A DNA stretch of 38,046 nucleotides. It comes from a virus. Taxonomy: Duplodnaviria > Caudoviricetes. Below are positions 17,537 through 24,848 of the stretch, one piece after another; positions within the stretch are counted from its first letter, which is position 1; each line of letters opens with the position of its first letter. Under the pieces are notes generated by a model. The model saw only the letters and a list, made by a program, of their open reading frames with translations. It made no database searches and was not told the DNA's origin. The stretch is taken from positions 1 to 38,046 of the IMG/VR virus record IMGVR_UViG_3300020045_008411; one strand, 5' to 3'. The position numbers were made by a program, and so were the translations under genes.

Positions 17537-17635
17537 TTACCCGAAAAATAGGGGCTGACATGATGCCAGCCCCAGTGCGATGATTATCAGAACGACGCCC
17601 ATGATAGCGCGGGCGATAGCGTCAAGTAAGCCCAC
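17537..17635 (-). CDS. Lipobox peptide paralog 4 (MGLLDAIARAIMGVVLIIIALGLASCQPLFFG)
   Basis: GTG immediately after the upstream TAG; lipobox LASC; terminator within the ORF. Confidence 0.65.
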   Translation of the reverse strand: MGLLDAIARAIMGVVLIIIALGLASCQPLFFG

Positions 17636-17869
17636 CTACTGACCGCAGGCCTTGAGGAATCGGGCGCGGTCGAACTTGGGATTGGACTCTGCCAGTCCAT
17701 CGGCGAAGTGCTGACAGATCGCGAGATTCTGGTTAGGGAACACGCCCTGATTCGGACCGAGGTCGGCGAGTACGCCCGCGATGACGGCGAAGTGTCGGTG
17801 CTGCATGGTCGCCGGGTGTTTCGCACCCAGTTGATCCTTGTTCAGGGCGGCGGTGTTGCTCAAAGCCAT
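17636..17869 (-). CDS. Hypothetical phage protein, 77 aa (NPKFDRARFLKACG motif)
   Basis: GGAGAC RBS. Confidence 0.8.
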   Translation of the reverse strand: MALSNTAALNKDQLGAKHPATMQHRHFAVIAGVLADLGPNQGVFPNQNLAICQHFADGLAESNPKFDRARFLKACGQ

Positions 17870-18013
17870 AGGTCTGTCTCCATCGCTCTATTGCGATGAT
17901 TCGTTCTAGGTTAGGTAACCGATTCGGTCAAGCACTTATTCCACCGATTGAGGGTTAACGGACGTGGTGTTTCTGTTAACCTTAACGGATTGTTACCAAC
18001 CAAAAGAGAGGGC

Positions 18014-18199
18014 CTAAGCCCTCTCTCCGTTCGAGTCGTGGAACGTGACGCCGCGAAGATTGCCGTAAGCGCCTTTGACGCGTTCCTTATAGGCGGCTTC
18101 CGTTTCACCGATGGCCGATGGTCCGTAGTCCACCCCATTGACGCGGTGGAAGTACCGGCCTTGCGGTCCCCATTGGCAGGGGAAAGGGTGAGTCGTCAC
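18014..18199 (-). CDS. Hypothetical protein, 61 aa
   Basis: GTGA overlap; ends at a terminator. Confidence 0.65.
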   Translation of the reverse strand: MTTHPFPCQWGPQGRYFHRVNGVDYGPSAIGETEAAYKERVKGAYGNLRGVTFHDSNGERA

Positions 18200-18462
18200 G
18201 CCGCCTTTCCTTCGATAGCTTCCCGGATAAATTCCTTCCACGCGGTCGGCTTCATATCCATCGGGGCAGAGTAGTTGAGCCCGTCGAGCCGCAAGATTTG
18301 CAGATAGCCGGTGTCGTAGGTTTTCATTTCCACTTCGACGCCCTGCACCGAGCCGAAATAGACAATCCACTTCCGGCGGTTGGCGAGGCGGGCGCGGTTC
18401 AGATCGGCCACGAACGCGGCAGCGGTGTCGTAGCTGGGGTTGTCTTCAAGAACACGAATCAT
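18196..18462 (-). CDS. Hypothetical protein, 88 aa
   Basis: GGAGAC RBS. Confidence 0.8.
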   Translation of the reverse strand: MIRVLEDNPSYDTAAAFVADLNRARLANRRKWIVYFGSVQGVEVEMKTYDTGYLQILRLDGLNYSAPMDMKPTAWKEFIREAIEGKAA

Positions 18463-18628
18463 GGGTCTGTCTCCGTCGGCTTGCTTGCCGGTGATTCGGT
18501 TCTAGGATAGGCAACCGGTTAGGTCAAGCACTTATTCCACCTAAGCCAGTCATGGTTAACCGATCGGTCGGCGGTGTTAACCTTAACAGATTACTACCGG
18601 CAAAGAGAGAGGGGCCGAAGCCCCTCTT

Positions 18629-19141
18629 TCAGCCGAACCACTTCATTAGGTCGTTTTCGCTGGCCATACCGTTCCAGAGGTCTTCACCCATGGAAGGGTC
18701 CGGGCACAATTCCCAGCCATCGTCATCCGCCCATTTTCGGTCCAACAGATATTGCGTTTGGTCGGTATCGATGCGGCTTTCGTTTGCTTGGTGGGCGTCG
18801 TTGATCGCGCTCGCTACAGCAAAGGCAAACGGTGTGCCCTGCTTATTCCAAGCGTCAATTTCCTCCTGCAAGGCGTTCCGTATCGCCAGCAAGGCGATTG
18901 AGCGGGGCAGGCGTGGGTCGGGCTTGGGCTTCGTGTCTTCCCAGTGGATCACGTATCCCGAATAGGCCTTGAGCCCTTCCGCTAGGTCGATGAAGTCCTC
19001 GGATGCGCCCTGCGTGCCGCTCGGTCCGTCCGAGAACTGCCATTCAGTATCGCCTTCCGAAACGCCAGCTTTTCCGTGGGCTTCCGGGTCGGTGACGACG
19101 CCGCTGAAAACCCAAATCTCTTTCGTGTCAGTGTTCAACAT
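18629..19141 (-). CDS. Acidic hypothetical protein, 170 aa
   Basis: GGAGAC RBS; terminator downstream. Confidence 0.8.
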   Translation of the reverse strand: MLNTDTKEIWVFSGVVTDPEAHGKAGVSEGDTEWQFSDGPSGTQGASEDFIDLAEGLKAYSGYVIHWEDTKPKPDPRLPRSIALLAIRNALQEEIDAWNKQGTPFAFAVASAINDAHQANESRIDTDQTQYLLDRKWADDDGWELCPDPSMGEDLWNGMASENDLMKWFG

Positions 19142-19308
19142 TGGCCTGTCTCCGTCGGCTTGCTTGCCGGTGATTCGGTGATAGGGCAGTCAACCGCTTA
19201 GGTCAAGCACTTATTCCACCGAAGCCAGCCTATGGTTAACAGATCGGCCGAAGGTGTTAACCTTAACAGATTACTACCGGCAAAGAGAGAGGGGCCGAAG
19301 CCCCTCTT

Positions 19309-19569
19309 TCAGAATTGCGATAAGGTGCCGCCCACTTGCAGCATCTCATCGCTGTGCCACGCCAGTACGCGCGGCTTACTGGCGAAGCCATAGGGCAGGG
19401 CAAGGTAGGTTTGGAAAATTCGCTCAGGCTTTGTTCCGCCTGAATCGTCGTCTTCGATTTCGTAGTAGGCCTGCCAAAGTTGACGCGCTTGTTCCGCATC
19501 GCTGGCCTGCACAACCAAGCTACGGTCCTCGGCCATGCCGTCCGCGTCGGTGATAACGAAGATTTTCAT
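19309..19569 (-). CDS. Hypothetical protein, 86 aa
   Basis: ATGA overlap; terminator downstream. Confidence 0.75.
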   Translation of the reverse strand: MKIFVITDADGMAEDRSLVVQASDAEQARQLWQAYYEIEDDDSGGTKPERIFQTYLALPYGFASKPRVLAWHSDEMLQVGGTLSQF

Positions 19570-19736
19570 TCGCCATGCTCCGCCACGTAGTCATTCAGGA
19601 CGGCGCAAACGCGCTCGGCCATTTCCTGTCCGGCGTCGCTGATTGCGAACGTGGCGACCTCGGTGCCGTTGTCGATGTGGTAGACGATGCTGCGCGGCTT
19701 TTCGGCGTTTTCGAGAACTGCGAAGTCGTATGTCAT
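19566..19736 (-). CDS. Hypothetical protein, 56 aa
   Basis: Start corrected by RBS. Confidence 0.75.
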   Translation of the reverse strand: MTYDFAVLENAEKPRSIVYHIDNGTEVATFAISDAGQEMAERVCAVLNDYVAEHGE

Positions 19737-19813
19737 GATCTGTCTCCGTCGGCTTGCTTGCCGGTGATTCGGTTCTAGGTTACGCAACCGATTCGGTCAA
19801 GCACTTATTCCAC

Positions 19814-20206
19814 CTAATAGAATGCATTTTTGCTGGTGCGCTCCACTCCAAGGGTGTCTTCCAGTTCGTGCAGGAATGCCATATCATCCGCGCCGGTGTC
19901 GCAGTAGGATGAGCCGATTGATCCCTGCACGTAACCGATGGCGTCCGCCAGTGCGGCTTCCAGCATCTTGATGCGCGCGTCTTTGTCCTCCTGTGGCTTA
20001 TCGAAAAGGGGCGAGGGGTTGACCATTTCCTCCGGCGCATCGATCGAATAATCGCCCGCGTCTAGGCGCTCCGGGTCGATCAAGGCGATGATGGATAGAA
20101 AGTCCTCCGCCGCTTGGATGGTGTCGAAGCGGGCGATTTCTTCGATAGCAGGATCACCGGGCTGCGCTCCGATGATGCTAAGTCCGACGCTAACTGGTTT
20201 CTGCAT
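19814..20206 (-). CDS. Acidic hypothetical protein, 130 aa
   Basis: Start corrected by RBS; stop abuts the next promoter with no terminator. Confidence 0.75.
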   Translation of the reverse strand: MQKPVSVGLSIIGAQPGDPAIEEIARFDTIQAAEDFLSIIALIDPERLDAGDYSIDAPEEMVNPSPLFDKPQEDKDARIKMLEAALADAIGYVQGSIGSSYCDTGADDMAFLHELEDTLGVERTSKNAFY

Positions 20207-20354
20207 GATCTGTCTCCATTGCTGTTCGGTCGTTCTAGGGGGCACAACCGATTCGGTCAAGAACTTATTCCACCAATAGTTAACATTTCTGGGGTGGTGG
20301 TTAACCTTAACGAAGCGTTACCGGTAAAGAAAAGGCGGGCCGAAGCCCGCCCGT

Positions 20355-20651
20355 CTAATCGATCTCCGCGCCGAAGGCGTGGCAGGTGCGGTCCGCGCCG
20401 TTCTGTTGTTTCAGCAGGTCGGGCCACTTATCGACCAGCAGCTTGACGCCTAGGAACTCATCCTGCACGAAATAATCGGTGACAGTTGCCATCCCGATGC
20501 CGTTCACGCGCACCCGGACTCGCCCGCCGATGGGTGGTGGCGGGTTTTCGTTGCTCCAGACCGCCTTGCCTTCCGCCTGTCGCAGGAAGCCCTTTTCGTC
20601 GCGCTGGCCGGGTTCCCAGTCGGGGAGGGTGGTGTGATACGTGATGCTCAT
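20355..20651 (-). CDS. Hypothetical protein, 98 aa (first cassette of the array)
   Basis: GGAGAC RBS; terminator downstream. Confidence 0.8.
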   Translation of the reverse strand: MSITYHTTLPDWEPGQRDEKGFLRQAEGKAVWSNENPPPPIGGRVRVRVNGIGMATVTDYFVQDEFLGVKLLVDKWPDLLKQQNGADRTCHAFGAEID

Positions 20652-20721
20652 GACTGTCTCCGTTGCTGATGATTCGTTCTAGGTCAATCAACCGATTCGG
20701 TCAAGCACTTTTTCCACCAAT

Positions 20722-20920
20722 AGTTAACGTCGATCGGCGTTTTGTTAACCTTAACAGATCGCGTAAATCCGTTAACCATTTGCGTTAAGGTTAACAAACG
20801 CATTTTTAGCCCCTCGTTAACCTTAACAGGCTGTTAAGGTTAATGAACGGTTTGTTAAGGTTAATGGGAGGGTGGTTTTCGTTAACCTTACGATCGGCGA
20901 AAGTTGACGCGCCGTTAACC
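20722..20920. promoter_or_regulatory. Dense cluster of GTTAAC/GTTAAGGTTAA (CtrA-like) sites
   Basis: About 9 GTTAA-based motifs in 200 bp, including TTAA-N7-TTAA at 20823-20837. Confidence 0.65.
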
Positions 20921-20949
20921 TTTCGGCGGGCAGCGGTGCCGGCGGATTC

Positions 20950-21132
20950 AAAATGACCGGATTCATAAAAAGCAAAATGGCCTCGATCCATAATTTCGGC
21001 GGGGCAAAATGGCCTCGATCCATAAAAGCAAAATGGCCTCGATCCATAATTTTTTTTTTTCGAAAATGGCCTCGATCCAAAATGGCCTCGATCCATAATT
21101 TTTCAGCAGAGCAAAATGGCCTCGATCCATAA
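20950..21132 (+). repeat. Direct repeats AAAATGGCCTCGATCCA(TAA) x6 plus one degenerate copy
   Basis: Copies at 20974, 21006, 21030, 21063, 21079, 21113; degenerate copy at 20950. Confidence 0.9.
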
Positions 21133-21583
21133 GAGGTCGTTGGCCTGTCTGACCAGCAGGGAGCCTCAGGGAGCGTGTGAAGAGGGCTGAGAGGGGCGAG
21201 GATCGCTCGGAGGGGCTTAGAAGCGCTCTACGGGGCTTAAAATCGGTCGCTCAGAGGGCATTTTCGGCCGAAAATCACCGCTATTCTGGCTGAATCCGGC
21301 TGATTTACGTGTAAAAACAGTAGGATAAGGGTGGGTTTCTCCACATTTCTTATCTTTCACTAGCCACATTACGGCTGATAACATTTCGGCCGGCAGTATC
21401 CCTGTATCGTCAGAATGGCGGTGGGCTTTCACCGAGGGTGGCTGGCTGAAAAATAGGGTGTGTTTATTTCGCAAGATAACGGCTTCGCAAAACGCAAGGT
21501 AACGTGGAAGAAGTCGTGGAATATCAAACACATGGATTCTTATCTGACAGTATGCTGGAAGAGCAAGATAAGAATCGGCGACC

Positions 21584-21730
21584 GAGGGGCCTCGGGGAGG
21601 GGTTGAGCGCCGGCTTGGCTCGTGATGGGCTGGGTGAGGGGAGGAGGTGGGTTGGCTCGTGATGTCTCTCAGAGCGGCGCGTGGAGGGCCTTGGAGAGGG
21701 GTTGAGCGCCGATCGGGGTCGTGATTGGAT
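21584..21730 (+). repeat. Imperfect purine-rich duplication (GAGGGCCTCGGGGAGGGGTTGAGCGCCG...TCGTGAT)
   Basis: Two similar ~45 bp units near 21584 and 21683. Confidence 0.6.
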
Positions 21731-21991
21731 CAAGATGGCTGATCTGGTGGTCTGTTGGTGGATCAAATAGTGGAAATGACACCCCGGCCGGTTCTCTTAG
21801 GCACAGGGTCCCTAGCCTGTCAGGTGTTGATGGGTGAGGGTCCCCTGTTGCTGTGCTGGTGGGTCCCGTGATCTGGTGGTAAAACAGTTCGGCCGGCCGG
21901 TGACCTACAGATGAGGTTCCTTGGCCGGCCGTATGTGTTCGTGGATTCTGTTAAGGTTAATGCCGGCCCCTATTCTGTGAGAGAGGGTCCC

Positions 21992-22101
21992 GTTAACCTT
22001 AATAGAAATAGTTAACGCGTGAGATCAGCATCTGTTAACCTTAATGGAAATGGTTAACGCACCAGAATCGCGTTTCGTTAACCTTAATAGAATTGGTTAA
22101 C
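21992..22101. repeat. Three tandem GTTAACCTTAATRGAAWTRGTTAAC units with a 42-43 bp period
   Basis: Units start at 21992, 22034, 22077. Confidence 0.85.
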
Positions 22102-22129
22102 GACGCGCGCTCCGGGCTGACTGTGCTGC

Positions 22130-22181
22130 AAAATGGCCTTGATCCATAATTTCAGGCGTACAAAATGACCTTTGTCCATAA
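22130..22181 (+). repeat. Two further degenerate copies of the AAAATGGCCTCGATCCATAA repeat just past the terL stop
   Basis: aaaatggccttgatccataa (22130) and aaaatgacctttgtccataa (22162). Confidence 0.8.
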
Positions 22182-22184
22182 TTT

Positions 22185-23918
22185 CTACCTGTTGCTGGTG
22201 CCACCGAGCTTCTTTGTTCCCCGGCGTCCCTTCTGTCTAGCCCATTTGAGATACTGCGAGGTGCTATCGACTTGGTCATCGTTCTTGCCGTTGGGAAACG
22301 CGACGAGTTCCTTGAGATAATCCGCCAGCCACTTGGCTCGTGCAGGGAGGAACACCGTGCCGGCCTCGATCATGGGTGTGATCTCATCGAAACGAAACTC
22401 CTTCGACGAGATACCGACCTCGATCGGGATCAGCGCGGCTGGAGCGCCGCCGTCTTTCTTCAACTGGCAGTAGGCGAGACCGTTGCCTTTCGTTTCGACC
22501 AGCAGCGCATCGGCGTTGTATCGCTTACAGACGCGGGCGATTTCCGACGACATTTCGGTAAATTCCATCTGCTTTCGGACCACGTCGATCAGATAATGGT
22601 TCTTTTTGAAGTCCTCATACCAGACCGTGATGACCGTGAAGTCGGATCGTTCCTTCGCGGTGTTGGCGGCGTCCACAGAAACCACACAGCGTCGGACTTG
22701 GTTGACGAGTCCCTTCTCAGGATCGCCCCGACTTGGGGCAGTATCGTAGTTTTGGAACCATGCGGATTCCACTGCTCCGCCGCTCACGTCCATAGGTGTA
22801 CCCTGATAGAGCGAGTTCCACGACGAAGGAGTCATGTCGGCTTTTAGATTTTCCAGCGCGTCTAGCGTAAAAAGTTCCGGCCACAAAACTTCACCAACCG
22901 CCCTACCTAATGGGTCGTTTTCGTCTTCGCAGATAGCGGGGAGATTAATGATCTCGAATTTGTATTTAATTCTATTACCGGAGTTTTCTTCAATCTTTTC
23001 AATGATATCCTTTGTTAAACTTTCTTGAAGTTTTTGATCTTTTTCATCAGCCTCTCTTGACTCACGATCGGCGATACGTCCGCAAAGGTCGTCCGAGTGC
23101 CAGCGGGTCATAATAATACCGAGCGGACTACCGGGGAGTAGCCGCGTGGAAAAGTCATCTGAGTACCATTTGAACACGGTCTCGCGGACCAAGGCGCTCT
23201 CGGCGTGGGCTCGTGATTTGTAAGGGTCATCGACCATGCCGTAGTTGCCACGGAAACCCGAAATACCTTGGCCGGCCCCTTTGCCCACGTATTTCCCGCG
23301 TCCGTTGGTGAGCGCCCAATAATCCATAGCGCGGGCGTCGTGCTTGATCACCACGCCGGGGAAGACAGCCGCATAGTCTTCCGACTGGATGATCTGGCGA
23401 ACCTTGGCTCCCAGTTCCTTGGCGACGAAGTCCTGACTATGGCCAGCTTGGAGGAAGCGTTGCTTGGTGCCGATCTTACCAAACCACCATGCCGGGAAAT
23501 AGTGCGACGAATGGGTTGACTTACAATGACCCGGTGGTAGAGAAAGCATGAACCGCATGGTGGTCTTATTGGCGGACGACATGAGCAGGTCACCGATAAG
23601 GTTCTGGTGCGGACTCATGACATAGTCGTTCTCCCGCTCCATGAACTCGTAGAAGTCATGGTAGGATTCACGTGCCAGTTCTACCCATACTTCCACCAGT
23701 AGGGCGTCGGCTTGATCAATCGCTGCTTCCAGCAGATCGATCTGTAGGTCGATATCCTGAGTTTCAGTCAGGGTTATCAGAGCGGTCCAGTCGCGGGCGG
23801 AGAGAGTTCGATTCTCGCGGATCGCTTCCTCCACTCTGGTCAGCAAGGACCTGAGTGACTTTACCGATGAGTGCAAGCGTGTTTTGCGCTCCCGACGAGT
23901 TTCCTTTATCTGAATCAT
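22185..23918 (-). CDS. terL: Terminase large subunit
   Basis: Walker A LPPGHCKST, Walker B MVDDP, coupling motif MTRWH, nuclease motifs SVDAA and NDDQVDS; exact start uncertain. Confidence 0.95.
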   Translation of the reverse strand: MIQIKETRRERKTRLHSSVKSLRSLLTRVEEAIRENRTLSARDWTALITLTETQDIDLQIDLLEAAIDQADALLVEVWVELARESYHDFYEFMERENDYVMSPHQNLIGDLLMSSANKTTMRFMLSLPPGHCKSTHSSHYFPAWWFGKIGTKQRFLQAGHSQDFVAKELGAKVRQIIQSEDYAAVFPGVVIKHDARAMDYWALTNGRGKYVGKGAGQGISGFRGNYGMVDDPYKSRAHAESALVRETVFKWYSDDFSTRLLPGSPLGIIMTRWHSDDLCGRIADRESREADEKDQKLQESLTKDIIEKIEENSGNRIKYKFEIINLPAICEDENDPLGRAVGEVLWPELFTLDALENLKADMTPSSWNSLYQGTPMDVSGGAVESAWFQNYDTAPSRGDPEKGLVNQVRRCVVSVDAANTAKERSDFTVITVWYEDFKKNHYLIDVVRKQMEFTEMSSEIARVCKRYNADALLVETKGNGLAYCQLKKDGGAPAALIPIEVGISSKEFRFDEITPMIEAGTVFLPARAKWLADYLKELVAFPNGKNDDQVDSTSQYLKWARQKGRRGTKKLGGTSNR

Positions 23919-24306
23919 CCTTGGCTTTCTGGAACATGTTGAGGGCTTCGCCCATCATCTTGAGGGTTTCGTTGGCTGCTCGATATTCACCGGCGATCTG
24001 AGCAAATTTCGCATTCTCGGCCATCATGTCCATGACACGTTGGAAGGTCCATTCAGCCGCTTCGATGACTCTCTCAGGTGAACCAGCCGCTGCCTTTCGG
24101 GTGATCTCGAACTCCATCTGGGTCTTCTTGATCTCCATCTGGATTTCTTTCACCCGTTGTTGAACCAGTGGGTTCTTCGCGAGGTTGCTGGCATTACCAC
24201 TGGATGGTTCGTAGCCAGCGATGGTGTAAGCATCGAGTTGGTTGGAACCTTCTGCAAGGAACTTCGCAAATAGTTCCTGCTTGCGATTGAGATATTCTTT
24301 TGCCAT
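23764..24306 (-). CDS. terS: Terminase small subunit
   Basis: N-terminal LNRKQELFA...AYTIAGY...ASNLAKNPLVQQRV HTH typical of TerS; directly upstream of terL. Confidence 0.85.
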   Translation of the reverse strand: MAKEYLNRKQELFAKFLAEGSNQLDAYTIAGYEPSSGNASNLAKNPLVQQRVKEIQMEIKKTQMEFEITRKAAAGSPERVIEAAEWTFQRVMDMMAENAKFAQIAGEYRAANETLKMMGEALNMFQKAKDDSDKGNSSGAQNTLALIGKVTQVLADQSGGSDPRESNSLRPRLDRSDNPD

Positions 24307-24848
24307 TATTTCTTCCGTGCCTTAGGTTCAACACCGTTGATAAGACCAAGGGTGAATGGTTTGGTTGGTTTGAGTCCGAGGACTATCGCTGAGTAGAGCG
24401 CGATGATCGCTGCTTCTGCTCGGCCGTGGTCCATTTCTCGTGACCAGCCGGCGGTACATTGTGGGAATAGTTGTGAGGCGCGGAATTTGGCAGCCTTCTT
24501 GTCGGCTGGTACTTGCATCTGCATCTTCCACTTGGCCGGCGCTACCGAGGCAAGGGGGATGTCAAGACCAGCAGCGACACCTATCGCGATCCCGGTAACC
24601 TTACCAAATGTGAAGGCACCGACGTGACCGTCGCTAGGTAGGGATTGGACGTTCTCGATCGTCGCATAATCCAGAGGGAAGTGACTTAGGGCAGTGGCGT
24701 AAGCAGTCGGCTCACAACGCTTGCGAATTTTATCTCCCACCTTCACCGAGACCGTCGGGGTGTCCCAAAGGTGAAGGCGGAAGTCTGTGAAGTCGAGGAC
24801 ACCTAAGGCCCCGGTCAGTCCGGGATCGATCCCGCCGATATAGCGCAT
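24306..24848 (-). CDS. RuvC-like Holliday junction resolvase
   Basis: GIDPGLTGA, IENV, FTFG, PAKWK and DHGRAEAA motifs of phage RuvC-like nucleases. Confidence 0.9.
   Translation of the reverse strand: MRYIGGIDPGLTGALGVLDFTDFRLHLWDTPTVSVKVGDKIRKRCEPTAYATALSHFPLDYATIENVQSLPSDGHVGAFTFGKVTGIAIGVAAGLDIPLASVAPAKWKMQMQVPADKKAAKFRASQLFPQCTAGWSREMDHGRAEAAIIALYSAIVLGLKPTKPFTLGLINGVEPKARKK

Larger units (their letters stand above)
411..20718 (-). repeat. Dispersed repeat array: 35 copies of a ~28-bp core (+ strand ACCGATTCGGTCAAGCA(C/G)TTATTCCACC) within a ~130-170 bp intergenic regulatory module
   Basis: Core copies counted by eye at approx. 411, 912, 1247, 1651, 2159, 3076, 3531, 3853, 4471, 4999, 5520, 5924, 6579, 7341, 8031, 8501, 9110, 10240, 10791, 11601, 12408, 13058, 13581, 14254, 14864, 15513, 16079, 16882, 17477, 17918, 18514, 19193, 19787, 20247, 20691. 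All are in the same orientation and directly upstream of a minus-strand gene. Confidence 0.95.

Noticed and set aside
701-20260. Apparent protein family with N-terminal WNKCLTESV / LLRLT / ATDSVKHLFHQ motifs in the ORF track
   Set aside because: These are translations of the non-coding repeat module; real starts lie downstream at the GGAGAC RBS.
216-20446. Plus-strand ORFs across the cassette array (e.g. 1545-2294, 9078-9659, 10858-11496)
   Set aside because: They are antisense shadows of RBS-supported minus-strand genes in GC-rich DNA and cross terminators and promoters.
411-20718. CRISPR array interpretation of the 28-bp repeat
   Set aside because: Spacers are about 300-1100 bp and contain genes, the repeats are degenerate and contain a -35 element, and no cas genes are present.
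411-20718. Classical integron with attC sites
   Set aside because: No long imperfect attC palindromes with RYYYAAC/GTTRRRY ends were seen, and the cassettes carry their own promoters. Only a looser recombinase hypothesis is kept as a finding.
20806-21096. ORFs with repeated MDRGHF / GSRPF peptides
   Set aside because: These are translations of the 20-bp DNA repeat in several frames, with no RBS.
21217-21766. ORFs 21217-21531 and 21524-21766
   Set aside because: Low-complexity or repeat-derived composition and no clear RBS, so treated as non-coding; a small gene cannot be fully excluded.
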